Below are positions 17,842-28,167 of a stretch of 64,000 bases of DNA, one piece after another. This DNA comes from Candidatus Omnitrophica bacterium UBA6253. Its GTDB lineage: Bacteria > Omnitrophota > Gorgyraeia > Gygaellales > Profunditerraquicolaceae. The translations under genes and the position numbers were made by a program. Every line of letters starts with the position of its first letter. Within the stretch, counting starts at the first letter, position 1. The notes beneath the pieces were generated by a model that was not told where the DNA came from, did no database searches, and saw only the letters and a program-made list of their open reading frames with translations. The stretch covers positions 66,303 through 130,302 of the forward strand of contig DJVP01000005.1 of the NCBI GenBank assembly GCA_002441245.1, given 5' to 3'.

Positions 17842-20727
17842 ATGACTATAGTACTATTCTTTTATGGTATGGCTTTTATACTTATGGGCATGGTCTTAAT
17901 CGCCATCCCCAGAAAAGAAGATTTTCTGGGGATTGTAGGGAACTTTTGGGCGCTTGCCCTTTTTGCGGTAATCCACGGGGTCAACTCCTGGGTTAGCATA
18001 TTTATTATAAGGACAGGGGCATTTGATACCGGAATACTTACTGTCATAGGGGCTATTCTTCTTCCTCTTTCTTTTGTTTTTATAGTTTTATTCGGGGTCC
18101 TCAATATTTTACAGCGGCATCCGGCTTACAAATGGTTGAGTTTTTTGCCGATTGCCTGTTTATTGCCGTGGTTTTTTGCCTGTATTACAGGTAAGGGGGC
18201 AATGACTGCCGGGATAATGGCGCGTTATTTTATATGTTTACCCGGGATTGCCATTGTTATAATTGATATATTTCAGCGCCTTGTTTTATATAAAAAAGAA
18301 TTACCGATGCTGGTTTTTGTAAGTACAATAGTTTTTATCTTTGCTAGCTGTGTATATGCCGTTGTTTCAGGGTTAATCGTGCCCAAGGCGGATTTTTTCC
18401 CGGCCTCAGCAATAAACTATACTAATTTTATCAGGGTATTTGGTTTTCCTGTGCAGATTATTAGAATACTGTGTGCTATTATTATGGCAGCAGCAGCCTT
18501 TGGGATGACCGGGGTTTTTTATAAGGATAAAATAAAGGTCCGCCTTATCGGAGGCATCAAACGCAAGGTTTTAGTTTTCACGGTATTATTCAGCTTGGTT
18601 ATTCTTGTGACTAGCGTGTTAATGCTTTATTTTTCAGGGTTGTTTACGCTGCGGCAAGTTACTTTTAGCCAGCAACAGGCTATTGTGCAATTGATGGCCA
18701 ATTCTATGGGTAAGATTATTGAGTCTGAAGTCAAGGAATTGGAGAGCTATGTAGCGAGCCCGAGTATCTGGGGAGCAGTTATTAATGATGTCAATCTTAA
18801 ATATTCTACAGTGCCTGATAAAACTATACAGGAGTATTTCGCAGGTAAGGATAGGGAATGGTTGCAGTCACCCCCCGGCGGTACTGTGGTAAATAAGTAT
18901 GTTAATACACTCTTAGGCCTGCGGCTTAGGAAATTCGTTGAGACAAAAGGCAATATTACAGAGATATTTTTTACCGATAAATACGGCGGGCTTGTAGTAG
19001 CTTCATCAAAAACAAATGATTTCTATCAGGCGGATGAAGCATGGTGGCAGAAAACCTTTGACGCTGGCAGAGGCCGTGTGTTTATCGGTGATATGGAGTT
19101 TAATGCATTCAGTAACAGCTGGTCTATTACTATATCAGTGCCGGTGTACGGTAAGGATGCAGAGGTAGTCGGTGTCTGCAAGGCAGTTTATAATACATTA
19201 AAGTTTTCTGACGTGATTTCTAGATTCGAAATAGGATCTACCGGGCGCGCAATTTTGTTTGATAATAGCGGGGAGCTTATATGCCAAAGCGGGCACAATC
19301 TTGCTAGAAACAAAAGTTCAGTTTTGCCAGAATGGGATGTCATTAAAGAGACGCAATCAAAAAAATCTTTTTTATCTTCTGCTTATGTCCGCCGCGATAC
19401 GGGCAGTGTTTTCCTGATTTCGTGGGCAGTAGTGCCTTATAAGGGGTTGTTGCAGCAAGGAGTAAAATGGTTTGCTTGTGTTGAGCAGGATACTAAAGAA
19501 ATATTTGCAGGGCAGGAGTTGATACTTTTATTGTATTCTATAGTATTGTTCGGGATATTACTGGTTTTGTCAATGTACTTTAGTTTTTTGTTTGTGCGTT
19601 TGTTAATCCTGCCAATTGAAAAGATGCGTTTAGGGATGCGCGAGATTGCCGCAGGCAACTTAAGCTACTATTTAAATTTAAGAAGCGGAGATGAGCTTGA
19701 AGATCTTTCGGATTCTTTTAACGTGATGGTTGACACAATGCGTAAGACCCTGGTTTCCAAGGATGCCTTGATTACTGAAGTTTCCGAGCGCAAACAGGCG
19801 GAATGTATGCTTGAACAATCTAAGGAAAAATTGGAGAAACAGGCACAGGAATTAAGCATCCAATTGGAAGGAAGGGCGAAGACGCATGAAATAATGATGA
19901 GCATGCTAGAGGATAATAATACGATCAGGGATGCGTTAGAGAAGAGTTTGATAGAGTTAAGGCAGACACAGGAGATGATGGTGCAGGTAGCAAAGCTTAG
20001 CGCGGTAGGGCAGCTGGCCAGCGGAGTAGCGCACGAAGTTAAGAATCCCTTGGGAATAATTTTGCAGGGCATAAATTATCTGGAAAATAAGATACCAAGC
20101 GAGGAAAAAGATATCTGCGAAGTCCTGGGGATGATGAAAGACGGCATAGGGCGCGCGGATAAAATTATTAACGGACTCCTTGATTTTTCCAAATCTACTA
20201 AGTTAGATTTCAGGCAGGAGGATATAAAATATGTATTGGAAAGTTCAATAGATTTAGCGCAGGTCTCATCCAGGTTCTCCGGAGTGCAGATTGTTAAAGA
20301 AATGGCAGGGCATATCCCTAAAGTAAATATTGATAAGAATAAGATGGAGCAGGTTTTTATTAATATATTGGTTAATGCGGCTCAGGCCATGGCAGATGGT
20401 AAGGGTAAAATTACTGTCCGTAGTTATGTAAAAAGATTAGAAAAGTCCAAAAAATCAAGAATTAACAAAGAGGTGGATTATTTTGTCGCTGGGGAGGAAG
20501 CCTTGGTAGTTGAAATCGAAGATACAGGAACGGGAATATCAGAAGAGAACCTGAAGAAAATATTTGATGCCTTTTTTTCTACGAAAGGCCCTAAGGGAGG
20601 GGCTGGTTTGGGTTTGGGGATATGCCTGAGCATAGTGGATATGCATAAGGGTATAATTGATGTAGAAAGCCAGTTAGGAAAGGGAACCAAGGTAACCATC
20701 ACCTTGAAGTTAGCCACGGGGGGATAA
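17842..20727 (+). CDS. Sensor histidine kinase: 8-TM N-terminal module, extracytoplasmic Cache-like domain, HAMP, coiled coil, HisKA, HATPase_c.
   Basis: Eight hydrophobic helices in the first ~260 aa. A Cache-like region follows (e.g. ...YQADEAWWQKTFDAGRGRVFIGDMEFNAFSNSWSITISVPV...), then a TM helix and HAMP. The H-box is GVAHEVKNPLGII, and the G-boxes are DTGTGISEENLKKIFDAFFSTK and GGAGLGLGICLSIVDMHKG. Confidence 0.85.
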   Translation: MTIVLFFYGMAFILMGMVLIAIPRKEDFLGIVGNFWALALFAVIHGVNSWVSIFIIRTGAFDTGILTVIGAILLPLSFVFIVLFGVLNILQRHPAYKWLSFLPIACLLPWFFACITGKGAMTAGIMARYFICLPGIAIVIIDIFQRLVLYKKELPMLVFVSTIVFIFASCVYAVVSGLIVPKADFFPASAINYTNFIRVFGFPVQIIRILCAIIMAAAAFGMTGVFYKDKIKVRLIGGIKRKVLVFTVLFSLVILVTSVLMLYFSGLFTLRQVTFSQQQAIVQLMANSMGKIIESEVKELESYVASPSIWGAVINDVNLKYSTVPDKTIQEYFAGKDREWLQSPPGGTVVNKYVNTLLGLRLRKFVETKGNITEIFFTDKYGGLVVASSKTNDFYQADEAWWQKTFDAGRGRVFIGDMEFNAFSNSWSITISVPVYGKDAEVVGVCKAVYNTLKFSDVISRFEIGSTGRAILFDNSGELICQSGHNLARNKSSVLPEWDVIKETQSKKSFLSSAYVRRDTGSVFLISWAVVPYKGLLQQGVKWFACVEQDTKEIFAGQELILLLYSIVLFGILLVLSMYFSFLFVRLLILPIEKMRLGMREIAAGNLSYYLNLRSGDELEDLSDSFNVMVDTMRKTLVSKDALITEVSERKQAECMLEQSKEKLEKQAQELSIQLEGRAKTHEIMMSMLEDNNTIRDALEKSLIELRQTQEMMVQVAKLSAVGQLASGVAHEVKNPLGIILQGINYLENKIPSEEKDICEVLGMMKDGIGRADKIINGLLDFSKSTKLDFRQEDIKYVLESSIDLAQVSSRFSGVQIVKEMAGHIPKVNIDKNKMEQVFINILVNAAQAMADGKGKITVRSYVKRLEKSKKSRINKEVDYFVAGEEALVVEIEDTGTGISEENLKKIFDAFFSTKGPKGGAGLGLGICLSIVDMHKGIIDVESQLGKGTKVTITLKLATGG

Positions 20728-20728
20728 A

Positions 20729-21103
20729 ATGGTTAAGAAGATATTGATAATTGACGATGAGGTGAATTTTGGCAAGCTAGTCAAGAAAAACCTGGAATTA
20801 TCAGGCAACCTTAAAGTAGAGGTTGCTGTAAACGGAAATGAAGGTATCAGGTTAGCCTCAAGGCTAAAACCGCATTTAATCTTGCTGGATATACTCATGC
20901 CTGATATGGACGGATTTCAGGTTTTGGATAAATTGAAGAAAAATGTTAATACTGCTTTGATCCCCGTGATTCTGCTTAGCGCAAAAGGGGATAATGCAAC
21001 CAGGATCCAAGCTTCAAGTAAAGATGTTGAATTGTTCATAACTAAGCCAATAGGTTCAAGCGAGCTAAAGGATAAAATAATAAAAATCTTAAAGAGTATC
21101 TAA
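20729..21103 (+). CDS. Single-domain response regulator (CheY-like receiver).
   Basis: KILIIDDE, phospho-acceptor Asp within HLILLDILMPDMDGF, and the conserved SAKG/K region. It starts 1 nt after the kinase stop. Confidence 0.85.
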   Translation: MVKKILIIDDEVNFGKLVKKNLELSGNLKVEVAVNGNEGIRLASRLKPHLILLDILMPDMDGFQVLDKLKKNVNTALIPVILLSAKGDNATRIQASSKDVELFITKPIGSSELKDKIIKILKSI

Positions 21104-21110
21104 AAGGAGT

Positions 21111-21500
21111 ATGGGGATGGCCAAGAAAAGAATATTAATCATAGATGACGAGAAAAACCTTTGTATTTTATTAAAATCAAATTTAGAAAGTACCGGCGAG
21201 TATGATGTATATACTGCTTATTCGGGAGAAGAGGGTTTGAAGAAGGCAAAAGAAACAGGCTTTGATTTAGTGATTACGGATTTTAAAATGCCCGGGTTAA
21301 ACGGCAGGCAGGTACTAAACGCGCTTAAGGATATGAGGCCAAATTCGCCGGTAGTGCTTTGTTCCGTTTACCATGATGATCCCAGTACGGTCACCGCTTT
21401 AGACATAGCTAAGGCCGATGGAATAATCACAAAGCCATTCGAACATAAACAGCTCTACAGTACGATAAAAAAGATCTTAGCTGATAATACTAATAAGTAA
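21111..21500 (+). CDS. Single-domain response regulator (receiver only).
   Basis: RILIIDDE and DLVITDFKMPGLNG. No output domain. Confidence 0.85.
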   Translation: MGMAKKRILIIDDEKNLCILLKSNLESTGEYDVYTAYSGEEGLKKAKETGFDLVITDFKMPGLNGRQVLNALKDMRPNSPVVLCSVYHDDPSTVTALDIAKADGIITKPFEHKQLYSTIKKILADNTNK

Positions 21501-21529
21501 TAAGACCGAGATTAAAAAGGAGGCGAAAA

Positions 21530-21922
21530 ATGTCAAATAAGAAAATATTAATTGTTGACGATGAAGTGGATTTTACCAGGTTATTAAAATCCAATCTCGA
21601 GGAAACCGGAAAATTTGAAGTATTGGCCTTGCCTAATGCGAACGACATCATATCTCAAGTCCATGCTTTTAAGCCGGATATTATTTTACTCGATATTATT
21701 ATGCCCGGGACAAAGGGGATTGAAGTTTGCGAGATGCTTAATAAAGATGTAGTCGGCAAGGCCATACCCATTATCATTATTTCTGCCTTGGCTAAAGACG
21801 CAGACAAATATAAGGCTTATAGGGTTGGAGTAGTAGACTATATGGAAAAACCAATTGAAATAGAACGCTTAATCGTAAAAATAGATAAGTATATCCAATT
21901 TAAACAAGGCGCAGAAAGCTAA
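21530..21922 (+). CDS. Single-domain response regulator (receiver only).
   Basis: KILIVDDE and DIILLDIIMPGTKG. No output domain. Confidence 0.85.
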   Translation: MSNKKILIVDDEVDFTRLLKSNLEETGKFEVLALPNANDIISQVHAFKPDIILLDIIMPGTKGIEVCEMLNKDVVGKAIPIIIISALAKDADKYKAYRVGVVDYMEKPIEIERLIVKIDKYIQFKQGAES

Positions 21923-21973
21923 TAAAATAATAGAAAACAAAGGCGTCTTATAAAACTAACCTCCCTCTTTAAT

Positions 21974-22015
21974 ACAAAACAATTACCTGGTTTTGGCCAT
22001 AAGCAATTGTTTTGT
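21974..22015 (+). terminator. Inverted-repeat hairpin (ACAAAACAATT...AATTGTTTTGT) downstream of the receiver genes. Possibly a terminator, but it lacks a clear U-tract.
   Basis: Arms of 11 bp at 21974-21984 and 22005-22015 with a 20-nt loop, followed by TAAATC, which is a weak T-run. Confidence 0.3.
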
Positions 22016-22142
22016 AAATCAAGACATAGGAAGATATATAAAATGTCCTGATTAACGATAATTTGACGGTGATTTTTATTGACAAATTATTAAAAAAGTA
22101 ATAATTTTATAGTTATAATTTTCTTAAAAAAGGAGGAAAAAA

Positions 22143-23135
22143 ATGAACACGGGCCTTACTGCTATAAATGAGAAAGTTCAGAAAGAAAGTCTATTTGTGC
22201 AAAGCCTGATTGCTGAAATAGGTAAAGTTATCGTAGGGCAAAAATACCTGGTTGAGAGGCTGCTCGTCGGTTTATTTGCCAATGGGCATATACTTGTTGA
22301 AGGCGTGCCTGGTTTAGCCAAAACCTTGTCCATTAAGACATTAGCTCAGGTTATAAATACAAAGTTTCAAAGGATACAGTTTACTCCGGATTTGCTGCCA
22401 GCTGATTTGATCGGTACGCTTATTTATAATCCCAGGGATGGGGTATTTTCTACCAAGAAAGGGCCTATATTTGCCAATGTCATCTTGGCCGATGAAATAA
22501 ATCGTGCCCCGGCAAAGGTGCAAAGCGCGTTGCTTGAAGCTATGCAGGAAAGGCAGGTTACTATAGGGGAGAGTACCTTTAAACTGGATGACCCGTTTTT
22601 AGTTATGGCCACGCAGAACCCTATAGAACAGGAGGGTACATATCCGCTTCCTGAGGCTCAGATTGACAGGTTTATGCTTAAAATTAATATCACCTACCCG
22701 AATATCGAAGAAGAGCATAAGATTTTAAAACGCATGGGATTTACTGAAAATAAGATTGGAGTAAAATCAATTGTAGAGCCGCAGGATATTCTCAGGGCGC
22801 GCAGTGTGGTTGACGAAGTCTATATAGATGAAAAAATAGAAAAATATATCCTGGATATAGTTTTTGCTACAAGAGAGCCGCAGAAATACAAGCTTGATGA
22901 ACTTGCCGGGCTTATACAATATGGCGCTTCTCCCAGGGCGACGATTTATCTTATGTTGGCCTCCAAGGCCTATGCTTTTATCCAGGGCAGAGGTTATGTG
23001 ACTCCTCAGGATGTAAAGTCTATCGGGCCGGATGTATTGCGGCATAGAGTAATTGTAAGCTATGAAGCAGAGGCCGAAGAGAAGAATTCCGATGATATAA
23101 TAAAGAAGATATTTAACGACATAGAGGTTCCTTAA
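22143..23135 (+). CDS. MoxR-family AAA+ ATPase.
   Basis: Walker A GHILVEGVPGLAKT, Walker B VILADEINRA, sensor and arginine-finger regions. Typical size of about 330 aa. Confidence 0.9.
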   Translation: MNTGLTAINEKVQKESLFVQSLIAEIGKVIVGQKYLVERLLVGLFANGHILVEGVPGLAKTLSIKTLAQVINTKFQRIQFTPDLLPADLIGTLIYNPRDGVFSTKKGPIFANVILADEINRAPAKVQSALLEAMQERQVTIGESTFKLDDPFLVMATQNPIEQEGTYPLPEAQIDRFMLKINITYPNIEEEHKILKRMGFTENKIGVKSIVEPQDILRARSVVDEVYIDEKIEKYILDIVFATREPQKYKLDELAGLIQYGASPRATIYLMLASKAYAFIQGRGYVTPQDVKSIGPDVLRHRVIVSYEAEAEEKNSDDIIKKIFNDIEVP

Positions 23136-23144
23136 AATACAGAT

Positions 23145-24029
23145 ATGATTCCTAAGGAAGTCTTAAAAAATATCCGCCGTATCCAGATAACTACTTCCCG
23201 CATGGTTACTGATGTCTTTGCCGGGCAGTACCAGAGCGTGTTTAAGGGGAAGGGGATGGAGTTTGATGAGGTGCGGGAATACCAGCCGGGGGATGAAATT
23301 CGTTCCATAGACTGGAACGTTACCGCCAGGATGGGCAGTCCGTATATTAAGAAGTTTGTGGAAGAGAGGGAATTAACCGTGATGCTTCTTTTAGATATGT
23401 CGCCTTCCTCTTTTTTTGGTACCAGAAATCAACTTAAGATGCAGCTTGCGGCTGAAGTTTGTTCGGTCCTGGCGCTTGCCGCTATAAAAAATAACGATAA
23501 GGTGGGTTTTATTGCTTTCAGCGAAAGGATCGAAAAGTTCATCCCGGCGCGCAAAGGATTGCGGCATGTTTTGCGCATCATTAGCGAGGCTTTATATTCC
23601 AAGCCCAGAGGCAAGAAGACAGATATCGCAGATGCCTTGGAGTATCTGAATAAAATTACTACACGCAAGACAGTAGTATTCATCATTTCTGATTTCTACG
23701 CCCCTGATTTTAAGAAAATGTTGGCAGTAAGTAATAAGCGCCATGATATTGTAGCTATAACCGTAACTGACCCGAGGGAATTGGAACTTACGGATGTAGG
23801 AATTATAAAATTAGAGGATTTGGAGAGCGGCCAAATATTTACGGTGGATACCTCAGATTCTCAATTGCGAAAAGAATACAGTGAAGAAGCCAGGAAAAGA
23901 CAGCAGGAGAGGAGTATGTTATTCCGTTCGGTAAACGTAGATACTATTGACATAAGGACAGATGTACCTTATTCACAGAGCCTGTTCAGATTCTTTAGGG
24001 CCAGGGAGAGGAGGCTAAGGATAAGATGA
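23145..24029 (+). CDS. DUF58 protein, the VWA-like partner of MoxR.
   Basis: GQYQSVFKGKGMEFDEVREYQPGDEIRSIDWNVTAR is the DUF58 signature. The position immediately after moxR is canonical. Confidence 0.8.
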   Translation: MIPKEVLKNIRRIQITTSRMVTDVFAGQYQSVFKGKGMEFDEVREYQPGDEIRSIDWNVTARMGSPYIKKFVEERELTVMLLLDMSPSSFFGTRNQLKMQLAAEVCSVLALAAIKNNDKVGFIAFSERIEKFIPARKGLRHVLRIISEALYSKPRGKKTDIADALEYLNKITTRKTVVFIISDFYAPDFKKMLAVSNKRHDIVAITVTDPRELELTDVGIIKLEDLESGQIFTVDTSDSQLRKEYSEEARKRQQERSMLFRSVNVDTIDIRTDVPYSQSLFRFFRARERRLRIR

Positions 24030-25228
24030 AGAAGAATTCGAAGATTATTTTAACTTTAATTATTCTGTTTATAATAGCTGGACTATTTTTTATAAGGAAT
24101 ACGGGGAGTTTTGTAAATAAAAACCAGGAATCGGCCTGGACGGATAAAATGCAATTGGAATATGCTAATACTTTACTTGCTAAAGGGCTGAATGCCGACG
24201 CAGCGCAGGCATTTGAGGCCTATATAGAAGGAGGTCATGCGGATAAAAATGATTTGGCAGGTATATGTTATAAGCTGGGTAATATTTATCTGGATTTAAA
24301 AGAATATGAAAAGGCTCTGGCTAATTTCTATAAAAGTGAATTACTTAATCCTGACTCTGAATACAGGCAGGATATGAATCAAAAGATAGTCAGCACATTA
24401 GAAAACCTGGGCTTGAGCCAGCAGGCGCAATATGAATTAGAGAGCCGTACATCTATTAAGCCAACTGTTCAAAAGAATGAAAAGATTGCCGTCAGGATCG
24501 GCAAAAGAGAGATTACAAACGATGAGATTGATATGGTAATTAACCGGCTCCCTGAGCAGGCAAGGAAGGGATTAGGCAGCAATGATGCAAAATTAAGATT
24601 TGTCCGGGAGTACGTGGCCACGGAGGTGCTTTATGAAAAAGGCAAGAAACTTGGGTTGGATAAAGATGTAAATATCCGTTCAGCAGTAGAGGATTTTAAG
24701 AAACAGCTTGTCTTGCAGGAACTGCTGCGCGATGAAATAAAAAAAGAATTAAAGATTACTCCTGAAGATATCTTGTTGTATTATAGGGCCAATAAAGATA
24801 AATACAGCATCCCTGAAAGGTCCAGGGTATCGTTTCTTGAGCTTAATAATCCGGTTAAAAGTGATGAAACAGCCGTTAATCTCAAACAGGGTAAAGGTAA
24901 AAGAATAGAACAGTGGATTGGAAAGGGCTCTGATTTTTTGCCGGGGATAGGAGAATCAAAAGAGGCGGTGGAAGCTATTCTTAAAAAAGAGAAGGGGGAG
25001 GTTGTTGATCCGGTTAAGATTAAAGATAAGGTGTATATGTTTATTATTAATGAGAAAGAGTCCAGGAGGCAAGAATCATTTGAAGAGGTAAAGGACCGGG
25101 TTGAAAAAGAATACCGCTCACAGAAAGAGCAGCAGATCGTGCAATCCTTTCTGGATAAAGCCTTGGAGCAGCAGGAGATTGAGATTTTATACCAACCGAA
25201 AACAGAAGATGAGAAAGCTGTAAAATGA
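24026..25228 (+). CDS. Membrane-anchored protein with TPR-like and SurA/PpiD-like chaperone regions.
   Basis: N-terminal TM helix IILTLIILFIIAGLFFI, TPR-like helices, then a SurA-N-like segment (KIAVRIGKREITNDEIDMVINRLPEQAR...). It overlaps DUF58 by 4 nt. Confidence 0.5.
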   Translation: MKKNSKIILTLIILFIIAGLFFIRNTGSFVNKNQESAWTDKMQLEYANTLLAKGLNADAAQAFEAYIEGGHADKNDLAGICYKLGNIYLDLKEYEKALANFYKSELLNPDSEYRQDMNQKIVSTLENLGLSQQAQYELESRTSIKPTVQKNEKIAVRIGKREITNDEIDMVINRLPEQARKGLGSNDAKLRFVREYVATEVLYEKGKKLGLDKDVNIRSAVEDFKKQLVLQELLRDEIKKELKITPEDILLYYRANKDKYSIPERSRVSFLELNNPVKSDETAVNLKQGKGKRIEQWIGKGSDFLPGIGESKEAVEAILKKEKGEVVDPVKIKDKVYMFIINEKESRRQESFEEVKDRVEKEYRSQKEQQIVQSFLDKALEQQEIEILYQPKTEDEKAVK

Positions 25229-26172
25229 AATTATTAAGCAAAATACTGTTTTTAGGATTAAGTATTTCTTTCGTAGCCGTAACATTAACCGGTTGCGCCA
25301 AAGGGAAAAAGGAGCCGGGCGTACCGATTATAGTTAAGGCAACAGTAGATAAGACAACAGCAGCAATTGGAGATAAAATAAAATATACGATCTTTATTGA
25401 AAAGGATAAGGATATTGAGATTGAACCTTCTTTTTTTGGCAAGAATTTAGGCAATTTTGCAGTTAAAGATTTTGGTTCAAAGAAAAGCGAATCTTTAAAT
25501 AAAGATAAGATATTCCAATGGTATATATTGGATACATATATTACCGGAAAAACTACCATACCTAAAGCTACGATTAAATATAAAAGAAAAAAAGATAATG
25601 ATTGGAGCCAGGTTGAGACTGGCCAACTTTCTGTGGAGGTAAAAAGCTCCCTGGATAAGGGCGGGCCCAATGTTCAGATGCGGGATATAAAAGATCCGGT
25701 AGGTCTGCATTCGGCAATAAGTAAATACTTTATTTTTGCAGGTGTTTTGTTTTTGATTGCTTTAGGCTTATCCGGCGCTTATTTCATGAAGAGGAATAAA
25801 GAAGGATTGGTTGTTCCTAAGAAGCCTGCTCATGAAATAGCTTATGAGCAACTCGAGCGGTTAGGTGCAAAAGACTATATCGGCCAGGGCTTGATTAAGG
25901 AATATTATACGGAGATTTCAGATATTATCAGGCATTATCTTGAGAATAGATTTGAGCTTAGGGCTCCGGAGATGACCACGGAAGAATTTTTGGTTAGCGC
26001 CAGGGACGCTGCGAAATTAATCAGTGAACATAAGAATTTACTTAAAGAGTTTTTGCTCTGTTGCGATTTGGTGAAATTTGCCAAGTACGCGCCTCCTACG
26101 GATGAGACAAACTCTATTTTTAATTCAGCAAAGAATTTCATAGACCAGACAAAAGAAAATGAGCCTGCATGA
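25225..26172 (+). CDS. Lipoprotein / single-pass membrane protein, BatD-like (DUF4381-type) hypothetical.
   Basis: Lipobox LTGCAKG. A beta-rich N-terminal domain similar to the N-terminus of 29035..30906. TM helix YFIFAGVLFLIALGLSGAYFM, then a cytoplasmic tail. Confidence 0.5.
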   Translation: MKLLSKILFLGLSISFVAVTLTGCAKGKKEPGVPIIVKATVDKTTAAIGDKIKYTIFIEKDKDIEIEPSFFGKNLGNFAVKDFGSKKSESLNKDKIFQWYILDTYITGKTTIPKATIKYKRKKDNDWSQVETGQLSVEVKSSLDKGGPNVQMRDIKDPVGLHSAISKYFIFAGVLFLIALGLSGAYFMKRNKEGLVVPKKPAHEIAYEQLERLGAKDYIGQGLIKEYYTEISDIIRHYLENRFELRAPEMTTEEFLVSARDAAKLISEHKNLLKEFLLCCDLVKFAKYAPPTDETNSIFNSAKNFIDQTKENEPA

Positions 26173-27157
26173 TCCGCTTGCTTTAATCTTTATTCCCATA
26201 ATAATACTGCTTTTTTTATACAAGCAGAAAAAACAGAGGTCTGCATCTGCCTTTAAGTTTTCCTCTGGAGAATTGATTGGGAAATTAAAGGGTTCTTTTA
26301 AGCTTAAACTGAGCAAGAACCTGATTTATCTGAGGTTTTTAGCAATTGCGTTGTTAATATTTGCCTTGGCCCGTCCGCAAACTCCGATAGCTGATTCTAA
26401 AATACATTCAGAAGGTATTGATATCGTCTTAGCGATTGATTGTTCAACCAGTATGCTTGCCGAAGATTTTAGGTTAGGAGGCCAAAGGCAAAACAGGATT
26501 GAGGTTGTAAAAAGTGTGGTTAAGGATTTTATCATGGGCAGAAAAAATGACCGTATTGCTATTGTTGCTTTTGCTTCCCGGGCATATACGGTTTGTCCGT
26601 TAACTCTTGATTATGGTTGGTTGCTGGATAATCTGGAAAGGGTTAAAACAGGCCTGGTCGAGGATGGCACAGCAATAGGTTCTGGTATAGCCACTTCTTT
26701 AAACCGGCTCAAAGATGCCAAGGCAAAAAGCAAGGTGGTTATTTTGCTCACTGATGGACGCAATAATACAGGAAAGATTTCACCTTTAACTGCCGCAGAA
26801 GCAGCTAAGGCTTTAAAGATTAAGGTGTATACGATTGGCGCAGGTTCAAAAGGGCCGGTGCCTTATCCGGTAAAGGATTTCTTCGGTAATACTGTATACC
26901 AGCCGGTACAGATAGATATTGATGAGGATACTCTGATCAAGATTGCGGAGATGACAGGGGCAAAATATTTTCGAGCTACGGATACAGAAAGCCTGCGTAA
27001 AATATATAAAGAGATAGATAGCCTTGAGAAGACCGATATAGAGGAAAGCGGGTACCTGGAATATAATGAATTATTTAACGTATTCTTAATCCTGGCTCTT
27101 GTGTTCTTGCTTTCGGACATTGTTTTATCTAATACTGTTTTAAGGAAAATACCATGA
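26159..27157 (+). CDS. BatA-like membrane protein with a von Willebrand factor A domain.
   Basis: N-terminal TM helix and MIDAS motif DIVLAIDCSTSM followed by VILLTDGRNN. C-terminal TM helix present. Confidence 0.8.
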   Translation: MSLHDPLALIFIPIIILLFLYKQKKQRSASAFKFSSGELIGKLKGSFKLKLSKNLIYLRFLAIALLIFALARPQTPIADSKIHSEGIDIVLAIDCSTSMLAEDFRLGGQRQNRIEVVKSVVKDFIMGRKNDRIAIVAFASRAYTVCPLTLDYGWLLDNLERVKTGLVEDGTAIGSGIATSLNRLKDAKAKSKVVILLTDGRNNTGKISPLTAAEAAKALKIKVYTIGAGSKGPVPYPVKDFFGNTVYQPVQIDIDEDTLIKIAEMTGAKYFRATDTESLRKIYKEIDSLEKTDIEESGYLEYNELFNVFLILALVFLLSDIVLSNTVLRKIP

Positions 27158-28167
27158 GATTTGCGGCAGGAAACTTTGTTTTCGGGTTTATTATCGTTTT
27201 GGCCTTGGCGCTATTTTATCTATGGGCAGCTAAATTACGAAAGAGCGCCTTAGAGAAATTCGCCCAAAAAGAGTTGTTGGGTGAATTATTATCGCGCTTT
27301 GATTATAAGAAAAGATTTATGAAAATAATACTGATAGTTTTGGCAATAACACTTATGCTTTTTGCTTTGATGCGGCCACAATGGGGTTTTCATTGGGAAG
27401 AGGTAAGAAGAAAAGGAGTAGATATTCTGATAGCCCTGGATACTTCAAAAAGTATGCTTGCGGAGGATGTAAAGCCCAGCAGGTTAGAGCGCTCAAAGTT
27501 AGCAATTAAAGATTTGGTGCGTAATCTTAAAGGGGATAGAATCGGCTTGATTGCTTTCTCCGGAAGCGCATTTTTACAATGTCCTTTAACGCTGGATTAT
27601 GGAGGATTTCTGCTTTCGCTGGATAATACAGGCATAGACACTATCCCTAAGGGCGGCACTTCTATAACCAGCGCGATAAAAGAGGCCTTAAGGAGCTATG
27701 AAGGCGGCCAGAAGAGATATAAGGTCCTCGTCATTATTACTGACGGAGAAGACCATGAAGGCGACCCTGAACAGGCAGCTGAAGAGGCTAAAAAGGAAGG
27801 AATTAAGATATTTTGTATCGGGATAGGCACTAAGGAAGGAGACCTTATACCTGTTACGGATGAAAACGGGCAGAGATTATTCGTTAAAGATAACCAGGGT
27901 AATGTGGTTAAGTCGCATCTTGATGAGGCTAGCCTCCAGAAGATTGCTTTGAATACCGGCGGCGTATATGTGAGAGCTACTAATGCCGAGTTTGGCCTGG
28001 ATTTGATTTATCGGGAAAAAATAGCCAGGATGGAAAAGAGGGAACTTGAAGCTAAAATGAACAAGCATTATGAAGAAAGGTTCCAGATATTTCTAGGACT
28101 AGCTTTATCTTTGTTTATAATTGAGCATTTTATAAGTGAAAAGAAGACATCCAGGAGCATCTCTTAG
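27154..28167 (+). CDS. BatB-like membrane protein with a von Willebrand factor A domain.
   Basis: MIDAS motif DILIALDTSKSM followed by VLVIITDGEDH. N- and C-terminal TM helices. Confidence 0.8.
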   Translation: MRFAAGNFVFGFIIVLALALFYLWAAKLRKSALEKFAQKELLGELLSRFDYKKRFMKIILIVLAITLMLFALMRPQWGFHWEEVRRKGVDILIALDTSKSMLAEDVKPSRLERSKLAIKDLVRNLKGDRIGLIAFSGSAFLQCPLTLDYGGFLLSLDNTGIDTIPKGGTSITSAIKEALRSYEGGQKRYKVLVIITDGEDHEGDPEQAAEEAKKEGIKIFCIGIGTKEGDLIPVTDENGQRLFVKDNQGNVVKSHLDEASLQKIALNTGGVYVRATNAEFGLDLIYREKIARMEKRELEAKMNKHYEERFQIFLGLALSLFIIEHFISEKKTSRSIS

